Below, piece after piece: positions 35,932 through 43,481 of a stretch of DNA of 59,656 nucleotides. The stretch spans positions 1 through 59,656 of the forward strand of contig JAAOYK010000055.1 in the NCBI GenBank assembly GCA_018221305.1, in the 5' to 3' direction. The notes below the pieces were generated by a model that was not told the origin of the DNA, searched no databases, and was given only the letters and a program-made list of their open reading frames with translations. The position numbers were made by a program, and so were the translations under genes. This stretch comes from Candidatus Pacearchaeota archaeon (GTDB lineage: Archaea > Nanobdellota > Nanobdellia > Pacearchaeales > GW2011-AR1). Positions within the stretch are counted from its first letter, which is position 1, and each line of letters begins with the position of its first letter.

Positions 35932-37005
35932 ATGGCTCGAAAAAAAGTTGTAAAAAAGAAATCTAAAAAGAGAACATTAAAAAAACGTCCAACCAAAAAA
36001 AGAGTTGCAAAACCAAAAGTTGATACTTTTGGGCTTGATAATGAAAGTCTTTCTTGGGTAAAACAATCAATAGATAAAGGTTTTGAACGCGCGCAAGTTG
36101 AAAAATTATTAAAAGACGTTGACGCAAGCCAAAAACAAAAAATGCTTTCATATTATGATGCTTTAAATAAGATCCCTGACAGTAGCGAATCTTCTATGCA
36201 AGAGACAGTTAGTGCTTCAGAACCAGTCGCAGAAAAAAAATCTGCTCCGATTAGTAGTTATGAACCAGAAATCAAGCCAACAAAAGCTCGCGGTCATAAA
36301 GTTCCAAGCGGAATTTTAGGTCTTGACAAGTTAACTCATGGAGGATTTGAAAACCATTCAACAAACCTTTTGGTCGGAGGAAGTGGTACTGGGAAATCAA
36401 TATTTTCTATTCAGTTCTTGGTTGAAGGCGTTAGAAAGGGTGACAGATGTTTATATATTACTTTTGAAGAACGTAAAGGAGAATTTTATACTAATATGAA
36501 AGAACTTGGCTGGGATCTTGCAAAAATGGAGAAAAATAATAAATTTTATTTTTTGTCTTACACTCCTGAAAAAGTAAAAACAATGCTTGAGGAGGGCGGC
36601 GGAGAAATTGAAAGTATGGTATTAACAAATAAAATCAACCGTATTGTAATTGATAGTATTAATGCATTTATCATGATGTTTGATAATGACCTGCAACGTC
36701 GTGAAGCGTCTTTAAAACTATTTTCTCTGCTTAGAAACTGGAACAGTACTTCAGTTTTAATCTATGAACGTGACCCTTTGGTTGACAAAAGATCTTCTTC
36801 CAGAGTGCTCGAGTTTGAATCAGACTCACTCATCTTTCTGTACTTTGTTCGCTTAAGGCGTCAACGAGAACACTTTATGGAAGTTTTTAAAATGAGAGGC
36901 TCAAATCATTCAAAAGAGATCCATCCTTATGTTATTACTAAGGGTGGTATAAAGGTTACAACAGCCCCTTACGCAGGAAATCTTGACAAGTTTAGGACTG
37001 TGTAA
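35932..37005 (+). CDS. KaiC/ArlH(FlaH)-like RecA-superfamily ATPase with polybasic N-terminus and ~40-aa helical module
   Basis: Contains SGILGLDKLTHGGFENHSTNLLVGGSGTGKS (Walker A) and RIVIDSI (Walker B), with a KaiC-like single-domain length (~230 aa). The N-terminus MARKKVVKKKSKKRTLKKRPTKKR precedes WVKQSIDKGFERAQVEKLLKDVDASQKQKMLSYY. Confidence 0.8.
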   Translation: MARKKVVKKKSKKRTLKKRPTKKRVAKPKVDTFGLDNESLSWVKQSIDKGFERAQVEKLLKDVDASQKQKMLSYYDALNKIPDSSESSMQETVSASEPVAEKKSAPISSYEPEIKPTKARGHKVPSGILGLDKLTHGGFENHSTNLLVGGSGTGKSIFSIQFLVEGVRKGDRCLYITFEERKGEFYTNMKELGWDLAKMEKNNKFYFLSYTPEKVKTMLEEGGGEIESMVLTNKINRIVIDSINAFIMMFDNDLQRREASLKLFSLLRNWNSTSVLIYERDPLVDKRSSSRVLEFESDSLIFLYFVRLRRQREHFMEVFKMRGSNHSKEIHPYVITKGGIKVTTAPYAGNLDKFRTV

Positions 37006-37041
37006 ATAATACTTAAAGTTTTAAAAAAATTCTTTTTACTT

Positions 37042-37236
37042 TTATTTTTTCTTAGCAGACCTATACTTTTTCCATTCATATATTGCAAACAATATTGAAA
37101 GAATACCAATAATGATCCAGCTCACTGAATTTATACTAAACTCTTTAGTTATTATGGACAGTATTCCTACTATTACTATAATTATCCCTGCAATAAGTCC
37201 TGCTATTGCATTAATAAAATAAATTGCTTTTCCCAT
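37042..37236 (-). CDS. small 2-TM membrane protein
   Basis: 64-aa ORF with two hydrophobic helices and a basic tail. Confidence 0.4.
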   Translation of the reverse strand: MGKAIYFINAIAGLIAGIIIVIVGILSIITKEFSINSVSWIIIGILSILFAIYEWKKYRSAKKK

Positions 37237-37239
37237 TTA

Positions 37240-37452
37240 CTAAACCTCCTTTTTTTGAGTTAAACCTTTTTTAATTTTTACTGCTTGAATAATTTCTTTA
37301 ATAGCTATCACTGCGCCTATTGCTGCTCCAATAAATATGATAACAGCAAAAGGCATATTGCCATCATTAAGAAACTTGATCCCATAGTAAATAATTCCTA
37401 TGACAAAAAGAATTCCTACAATTCCCCATATCAGTTTTTTTGTATTTATCAT
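37240..37452 (-). CDS. small 2-TM membrane protein
   Basis: 70-aa ORF with two hydrophobic helices. It sits in tandem with 37042..37236, separated by 3 nt. Confidence 0.4.
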   Translation of the reverse strand: MINTKKLIWGIVGILFVIGIIYYGIKFLNDGNMPFAVIIFIGAAIGAVIAIKEIIQAVKIKKGLTQKKEV

Positions 37453-37549
37453 TACAATAATAAACTACTCGATGAAATATTTAAAGTTTACGCTTGATTT
37501 ATAAGGTTTTGTAACAATTATTAAATTTCTAATAAATCTACGACAATAA

Positions 37550-37616
37550 CTTAAAAAAAATAAAAAAAAGATAACCCTAACACCTTCTTTCATCCTTTTT
37601 TGGTTGAAAGGGTTAT
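37550..37616 (-). terminator. hairpin + U-run terminator downstream of the major pilin gene
   Basis: The minus strand reads AATAACCCUUUCAACC...GGUGUUAGGGUUAU (ATAACCCT/AGGGTTAT stem, 37571-37616), followed by UCUUUUUUUUAUUUUUUUU. Confidence 0.55.
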
Positions 37617-37656
37617 TTATTTTTAAATATAAAAATAAAAAAAATAAAAAGTTTAA

Positions 37657-38127
37657 TTATGCTTGAACTTTGGCACTTATTGAACCAGTAGACTGATGAA
37701 CTAAACCAGCACCACCTGCTTTTATATACGTGATCACAATATTTGCTCTAAAATCTTCACCTGCTGTCAATGCACATCCTGCAGGACCGTTAACTACTGA
37801 ATCAGCTCCTGATGCTAAAGTAGTTGTTATTACTGTTGCAGCACCATTACATGTTGCTTCAGTAGCATCACTAAGTGTGAAAGTAACAGTATTTACACTC
37901 TCTGCACCACCATTTCTGATATTAAAAATTGCGTCTGGAGCACCAGTACCACTAAGTATAAAATCATTAAGAACAAATGGGGCGCTTACTGCAGCAACTT
38001 CACTACCAACATTACTTAAGTACAAGTATCCTATAGCTCCAATAACTATTATCGCGGCGAGGATTGCCCAACCGTAAGTCATTAAGAACTCCATAGCAGC
38101 TTGTCCCTTCTTTTTTCTATATAACAT
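37657..38127 (-). CDS. major pilin candidate, DUF361/EppA-substrate-like class III signal peptide
   Basis: MLYRKKKG|QAAMEFLMTYGWAILAAIIVIGAIG, followed by a Gly/Ala/Thr/Ser-rich beta-type domain. A perfect GGAGGTGA SD (38143-38150) lies 15 nt upstream of the ATG at 38127. The GTG at 38145 used in the track lies inside the SD. The gene is monocistronic with its own terminator. Confidence 0.75.
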   Translation of the reverse strand: MLYRKKKGQAAMEFLMTYGWAILAAIIVIGAIGYLYLSNVGSEVAAVSAPFVLNDFILSGTGAPDAIFNIRNGGAESVNTVTFTLSDATEATCNGAATVITTTLASGADSVVNGPAGCALTAGEDFRANIVITYIKAGGAGLVHQSTGSISAKVQA

Positions 38128-38293
38128 TTTTATTATTTTCCTCACCTCCTTTCACTTTCTTTTTTAAATCATTAACTCTCATACCCTTATATCTAAATAT
38201 AAACGAATAATGATTTTTAGTCTAGTTATACTTTATGTTTTTACGTATATAAATGTTTTCTTTTTTTTCATTAATGAAAAAAATTGCATTTTT

Positions 38294-38632
38294 TCATTTT
38301 CTTTTATGCTTACCTTTATGCTCACTTTTATGTTTGTTTTTATGCTTCTTTTTTTGTTTGCTTTTAGGTTTTGATCTTTGTGTTTGATAGCTTCGCCAGA
38401 TAATCGTCAGCGAAGTGATACCTATAAAAAGTAGTGCGATTGTCGCCTCAAATGAGTAATCATATGAGAACTTTGTAGTAGATATGATGAAAGCAATTAT
38501 TAAGCAGATTATTGTTACCAAGACAAGACGTCCTCGCCATGCTTTAACTTCATCAAAACACATGCGTGACAAGATCATGCCTACTGGAAATCCTGCAATT
38601 AATATTAATAAATAGATTATGTTTTGTAACAT
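38294..38632 (-). CDS. membrane protein with K/H-rich C-terminal tail
   Basis: Three hydrophobic helices and the tail QRSKPKSKQKKKHKNKHKSEHKGKHKRK. Confidence 0.4.
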   Translation of the reverse strand: MLQNIIYLLILIAGFPVGMILSRMCFDEVKAWRGRLVLVTIICLIIAFIISTTKFSYDYSFEATIALLFIGITSLTIIWRSYQTQRSKPKSKQKKKHKNKHKSEHKGKHKRK

Positions 38633-38750
38633 ATTTTGATAATGTGCAAATAATATTTAAATGTATCTTTAAAAAATAACATAGAAAAAAAACAAAATTA
38701 TATTTTTATGATATGTATTGCTTTTGTTTAATATTTAATCATTTTAAATC

Positions 38751-39164
38751 TTAAAGCCTAACCCGTCTATGGTTTGGTACTGCATGACCATACACTGAAT
38801 CATATTCTCGATCTTTTTCTCTTTCGTCATAAATACCGCCTGTAAGAGATCTTTCTTTTAAATGATAAGCACTAACATTTTTTCGTATCCCGCCAACCAC
38901 AATACCAACACCAAGCAATCCTATTCCTGTAAAAAGGCTAATAAGGCCTGCCTTTGTATCTTTTGCAGCTTTTTGTGCTTCCTGGGTTGTATATTCTGGG
39001 CCCATATATCCTGGGGCAACCTGTGTTACATGATCAGTATATTTCTCAGACCAAAGTTCCATATTTTGTCCAAGCTTTAATGACCCCCATGTACCTCCTG
39101 CTAAGCCTAGACAGACTATACTTGTACCAATCCATCCTCTAAGCGTTTGTGGTAGAAATCCCAT
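38751..39164 (-). CDS. hypothetical membrane protein
   Basis: Two hydrophobic segments. No family was recognised. Confidence 0.4.
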   Translation of the reverse strand: MGFLPQTLRGWIGTSIVCLGLAGGTWGSLKLGQNMELWSEKYTDHVTQVAPGYMGPEYTTQEAQKAAKDTKAGLISLFTGIGLLGVGIVVGGIRKNVSAYHLKERSLTGGIYDEREKDREYDSVYGHAVPNHRRVRL

Positions 39165-39251
39165 TAAATTTTTATGTAATTGGTATTTTTATATTTTTGT
39201 ATACTTTAAAAAAATAACAATTTTTATATACTGTTTGCACTAAATTTTAAA

Positions 39252-40070
39252 ATGAGATTTGCAATAATTTATTCAAAAGCTAACGAAGCAGGACCTTTAA
39301 TTGTTGAAGAATTAAAAAAACTAGCTTTTTTGCCACAAGTCCCAATAATTGAAATACCAAAAAAGCAAGTAATTTTTTTACAAGACATTAATGATAAGAT
39401 TTATCCAGAACTGCGTGACATAGAATTCTTAATTTTTGCATCAACTCATCGGTCTGTGCAAGGAAACCCAAGCTTATCATTGCACGCGCCAGGGAACTGG
39501 AGAAGTGCTGACCTTGGTGGAGAATCAGGAAAGATTTGTATGACGTCATGTTTTGTTTTAAAACATTTGTTTCAAGAATTAAACAAAAATGCGCAACTTG
39601 TACCTGAAGTAAAAGAGAAGTATGAAGTAACTTTAGAGGTTACTCATCACGGACCAAAAACTAATATTCCGTGCGCGTTTATTGAGCTTGGAAGTAGTGA
39701 AGAATACTGGAAAGATTCAAGCGCTGCAAAAGTTTTGGCAAAAACAATAATTAGTTTGCAAGAGTTTGATCCTAAATCTAAAAAAGATGTCTGGCGACCA
39801 TGTATTGCTGTTGGAGGCCCGCATTATGCTCCTGTGTTTAATAAGGTTCAATTAAATAGTATTTATGCAGTCGGTCATATTGTCCCTCAATATGCTCTTC
39901 CCTTAACAGAAAACATGTTAATTGAATCAGAAGAAAAAACAAAAGAGCAAGTACATAGTGTTATAATTGATTGGAAAGGTTGCGGCAAAAGTGCAGGCAG
40001 ACAAAATACAGTAAATGTTATAGAAAAACAAGGCCTAAAATGGCTAAAAACTAAACAGATTGAAAAATAA
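39252..40070 (+). CDS. dtdA: D-aminoacyl-tRNA deacylase, archaeal type
   Basis: FASTHRS, HAPGNW, EVTHHGP, FIELGSSEE, GGPHYAP, GHIVPQYA and DWKG are all collinear with the Pyrococcus DtdA (PF04414) sequence as I recall it. Confidence 0.9.
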   Translation: MRFAIIYSKANEAGPLIVEELKKLAFLPQVPIIEIPKKQVIFLQDINDKIYPELRDIEFLIFASTHRSVQGNPSLSLHAPGNWRSADLGGESGKICMTSCFVLKHLFQELNKNAQLVPEVKEKYEVTLEVTHHGPKTNIPCAFIELGSSEEYWKDSSAAKVLAKTIISLQEFDPKSKKDVWRPCIAVGGPHYAPVFNKVQLNSIYAVGHIVPQYALPLTENMLIESEEKTKEQVHSVIIDWKGCGKSAGRQNTVNVIEKQGLKWLKTKQIEK

Positions 40071-40164
40071 GTTCTGTACTATAATTCTATATTCTAAAAC
40101 AATAATCTTGAAATACTAATAATTTTTTTCTTTAATCACTAAAAAAGATTATTTTCGAAAAAAG

Positions 40165-40647
40165 ATGGCACAGAAGTTGACAAAAGAAGATAAAGGTTTA
40201 ATTAGAAAATTGCACAATCAAGGCTTATCAACAAAAGAAATTTCATCCCAGTTAGGGATAGCAAATTCTACTGCATGGATCTATGCAAAAAGTGACCCTG
40301 AAGAAACTTCTCCAACAACCAATTATCATGATTCCTGGGCACAAAGTAAAGGGTATGCAGATTTTAGTGATTATAAAGAAAGTCATGCAATAGCTAATGG
40401 GTTTCAGTCTTATAGTGAGTATCAAGCACATCTTGAAAATTTACGAACACAAAAGGCTAAAAATCAAGAATTAGGAGAGTTGATACAAAGCGAGCTTAAA
40501 CGTCGTAAAAAAAATCAAACCTGGCTTGCAGATTGTGTTGATGTTACTCATCAGGCAGTGTCGTCGTACATAAATGCAAAATCTTACCCTTCAGATGAAG
40601 TAGTAGAAAAAATTTATGAATGTTTTATGCATGTTGAATCAGAATAA
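40165..40647 (+). CDS. double helix-turn-helix DNA-binding protein
   Basis: The N-terminal HTH (IRKLHNQGLSTKEISSQLGIANSTAWIY) resembles resolvase or IS-transposase HTHs. The C-terminal part is XRE-like (KKNQTWLADCVDVTHQAVSSYINAKSYPSDE). Confidence 0.55.
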   Translation: MAQKLTKEDKGLIRKLHNQGLSTKEISSQLGIANSTAWIYAKSDPEETSPTTNYHDSWAQSKGYADFSDYKESHAIANGFQSYSEYQAHLENLRTQKAKNQELGELIQSELKRRKKNQTWLADCVDVTHQAVSSYINAKSYPSDEVVEKIYECFMHVESE

Positions 40648-40651
40648 AAAT

Positions 40652-41488
40652 CTATTTTTGTGCCCAGCCAATTTTTTTATCTTTAAGCTCTTTGAGCCTA
40701 GGCCACTTATCCTGAAGTGTTGGCAAAATTTCTTGATAAATAACACCTATTGGAATTTTACCGTTTTTCCCGTTATAATCCCACTGGTTTGCTAAAAGTT
40801 CTGCTTTAGCCTTATTTTTGTTATCTTTTATTTTATACATTAATTTGTCTTTATTATTAATCTCTTTATTAAAAATTAAACAATCTTGTATTATTTCGAC
40901 AAAAGAACATCCTGGATGTTTTATAGCTTTCTCAATAACTTCTGCTGTGTGTGCAATATCTTTTGCATTAGTACGCGCAATAAATGTCATACCAGAAGCA
41001 ATTGCCATCTTTACTGGATTTAATGGCTGGTTTACTTCACCCATTGGTTCTGCTTTACTTTTAAACCCGATTTGAGAAGTTGGTGTACATTGTCCTGTTG
41101 TTAATGAAAAACTCTGGTTATCGTGAACAATTATTGTCATGTTTGAATTAAATCGTGCTGCATGAATAAAGTGGCTTATCCCTTCACTGTATGCTCCGCC
41201 ATCACCCATAAATGCCATAACATTAAGGTTTGGGTTACCAAGTGTTAAACCTAATGCTGCAGGAATAGCACGCCCGTGCAGTCCATATAATCCGTTAATA
41301 TTAATATAATCAAATATTTTAGAACTACACCCAACATCTGTTGTCAGCGCAAAAGATTCATGTTTATATTTTTGCTTTTTTAAACTTTTTATTGCTTGCT
41401 TAACCCCAGCTAGTATCATATGGTTTGGGCATCCAGGGCACCAAGTCATTTCATAATCAGTATCCAACTTTTTACTAAATAGGCTCAT
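40652..41488 (-). CDS. 2-oxoacid:ferredoxin oxidoreductase, beta (TPP-binding) subunit
   Basis: N-terminal WCPGCPNH and the TPP motif MAFMGDGGAYSEG...IVHDNQSFSLTTGQ. Confidence 0.85.
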   Translation of the reverse strand: MSLFSKKLDTDYEMTWCPGCPNHMILAGVKQAIKSLKKQKYKHESFALTTDVGCSSKIFDYININGLYGLHGRAIPAALGLTLGNPNLNVMAFMGDGGAYSEGISHFIHAARFNSNMTIIVHDNQSFSLTTGQCTPTSQIGFKSKAEPMGEVNQPLNPVKMAIASGMTFIARTNAKDIAHTAEVIEKAIKHPGCSFVEIIQDCLIFNKEINNKDKLMYKIKDNKNKAKAELLANQWDYNGKNGKIPIGVIYQEILPTLQDKWPRLKELKDKKIGWAQK

Positions 41489-41490
41489 TT

Positions 41491-41880
41491 TTAATTATCT
41501 TTAACTCCTAATCGTTTAACTTCGCGCGCAGTTTGGTAAAGGAAAGCTGCTGCGTTCCCCCATAGAAAAAATAACCAAAAAGGTATATTTATTACATTAT
41601 AAACAGTATATTGCCATGCACCAAAATATATAGCAATCATTTCACATACAGGTCCCCATAACGCTCCAAATATCCAAATGACAACAGTACGTCTTGAGTT
41701 CCATTTAAAAAATCCAACAACTGACACAACCCCAATTAATATTGTTGTAAGTAATATGTCTTTAAAAAATAATACTACAAAAAGTACTGAAACAAATGCA
41801 TAGACAGCATTAAACAGTATGTTTCTCCATTCCTTTTTAAATCGTCTTTCTAACTTTTTGTTATCTTTTTTCTTTGCCAT
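41491..41880 (-). CDS. hypothetical 4-TM membrane protein embedded in the OFOR operon
   Basis: 129-aa ORF with a basic N-terminus and 3-4 hydrophobic helices. It lies 3 nt from the upstream gene and 2 nt from the downstream gene. Confidence 0.5.
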   Translation of the reverse strand: MAKKKDNKKLERRFKKEWRNILFNAVYAFVSVLFVVLFFKDILLTTILIGVVSVVGFFKWNSRRTVVIWIFGALWGPVCEMIAIYFGAWQYTVYNVINIPFWLFFLWGNAAAFLYQTAREVKRLGVKDN

Positions 41881-41883
41881 GTT

Positions 41884-43404
41884 TTAAAATTGTTGAATGT
41901 CTGCACGTAGTTTATCAGATTCAAAAGGTAAGCCGTCATACTTTAATATACGGTTTGCAATACTAATACCTGTCTTTTCTCTTATAAGTCGGCCTAATTG
42001 GCCTGTAACATTTTGTTCAATAAGTATAACTTTTGCTGCAGATTGCAGGTGTTGTTTTATTTCATTAGATATTGGTTTTGCATATAATACTTGCAAAAAT
42101 TTATAGTCAAGACCTTCTATTGCGTCTAGTATGACCCCTTTTGTTGACCCAGAGCCAACTATTATGTTTTTACTTTCAGGATTACCATGAATTTTTATCA
42201 TTTCAAATTTTTTGCTAATTTCTTCTTTTGCACGATCATACTTTTTTGTTCTATTATCAGCATTAAGTTTTGCCCATTTAGCGCTTTCAGTAGTGTTCCC
42301 GTCTTTATCATGTTCATAACTGCTTGCTTTTACTATGCCATCAATAAGAGGTAAATCTCTTTTAACTTTTACTTTGATAGGCTTTTTGGCTGTATTACTT
42401 GTTGAAAATTCTGATTCTGCTACATGTTTGTCTCCTAAAATAATTGACAACATTCCATACTTTTCACTTAAATAAAAACATTCATTAGTTTTTTCTTGTG
42501 CTTCTATTGGATCTCCGGGCATAACAACAATACGCGGAAATTCTCCATGACCGCCTCGAAGCGCAATATCAAGGTCTCCTTGGATATGATATGTTGGTAT
42601 TCCTGACCCTGGCCCTGGTCGTGCAGATAAATATACAACTAATGGTATTTCACTCATTCCTTGCATACTTAATCCTTCAGTCATTAAGTCGTATCCGCCA
42701 CCACTTGAGCCAATCATTGTTTTTGCTCCAGCAAAACTTGCACCTAATGCAGAGTTTACTACACTAATTTCATTTTCTGGCTGAAAAACCATAAATCCAT
42801 GCTTTTCTTGTTCACCAGCTAACGCATGTAACACTCCTGTAGAAGGTGTCATTGGGTATGCAATATACAAATTAATACCAGAATCTATTGCTCCTTTAGC
42901 AATGCCAACATTTCCTACCATTTTTGTTATAACGTTTGGTAAACGTTTTAGTCCATACTTATTTTGTTGACTATTATACCCAAGCTCTCCTGCCTTATTG
43001 CTGTCAGGATTATGAAACTGTTCTTCTATTTCGTTGATTAGTAATTCTTTTGGTAATCCAAAAACTTTGATTAAAGCTCCGGATTGTGCGACATTTAAGT
43101 TTCTGCCCAAATTCTCAAAACCTTTCGGAGTTATAACAAATCCATCTTTTTTTAATATTTTTTTATGAAGTTTGACAGTATTGTCATCCATTGCAATTAT
43201 CCCGTCAAGCATTGACTCATAACTTCCAACACGTTTATCACTAATAGACAATATGTTATAATTATGACCCCCGCGAATAAGGCTTGGATAATCTCTATAA
43301 TTAAAAGTAAAATATCCATAACTGTTCATAACTTTCGCTACAATTTCACTAATCTTATTAATTCCTTGTCCAGCTTTTCCGCCGATTAAAATATTAAGTC
43401 GCAT
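41884..43404 (-). CDS. 2-oxoacid:ferredoxin oxidoreductase, fused gamma-alpha subunit
   Basis: The N-terminal gamma domain is LIGGKAGQGINKISEIV...RGGHN. It is followed by the alpha-subunit motif IAYPMTPSTGVLHAL. Confidence 0.85.
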   Translation of the reverse strand: MRLNILIGGKAGQGINKISEIVAKVMNSYGYFTFNYRDYPSLIRGGHNYNILSISDKRVGSYESMLDGIIAMDDNTVKLHKKILKKDGFVITPKGFENLGRNLNVAQSGALIKVFGLPKELLINEIEEQFHNPDSNKAGELGYNSQQNKYGLKRLPNVITKMVGNVGIAKGAIDSGINLYIAYPMTPSTGVLHALAGEQEKHGFMVFQPENEISVVNSALGASFAGAKTMIGSSGGGYDLMTEGLSMQGMSEIPLVVYLSARPGPGSGIPTYHIQGDLDIALRGGHGEFPRIVVMPGDPIEAQEKTNECFYLSEKYGMLSIILGDKHVAESEFSTSNTAKKPIKVKVKRDLPLIDGIVKASSYEHDKDGNTTESAKWAKLNADNRTKKYDRAKEEISKKFEMIKIHGNPESKNIIVGSGSTKGVILDAIEGLDYKFLQVLYAKPISNEIKQHLQSAAKVILIEQNVTGQLGRLIREKTGISIANRILKYDGLPFESDKLRADIQQF

Positions 43405-43481
43405 GCTATTTTTTTCCTCTTTTTTTGTCCCCTTAATCTATCGAGGTTTGTTTAGTTTTTAAATGTTGCTTACATCTAAAC

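Noticed and set aside
37730-38077. 115-aa plus-strand ORF antisense to the major pilin gene. Similar long antisense ORFs occur at 12550..12972, 14327..14644, 16703..17047, 31893..32231, 35148..35633, 48099..48410 and 52079..52402.
   Set aside because: All lie fully inside well-supported genes on the other strand, have low-complexity or hydrophobic shadow compositions, and lack start contexts.
22856-38145. Interpreting the locus as a canonical archaellum (flagellum) operon because of the ArlI-like + KaiC/ArlH-like ATPase pair
   Set aside because: There are no archaellin-domain filament genes and no ArlF/ArlG, ArlC/D/E or ArlX equivalents. The filament genes are DUF361-type pilins and vWA adhesins, and the platform is split. 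I therefore treat it as an atypical pilus-like system.
40165-40647. Possible transposase or mobile-element remnant, based on an IS30/IS630/resolvase-like N-terminal HTH
   Set aside because: There is no DDE or serine-recombinase catalytic domain, no flanking inverted repeats, and a second XRE-like HTH follows. It is more simply a small DNA-binding regulator.
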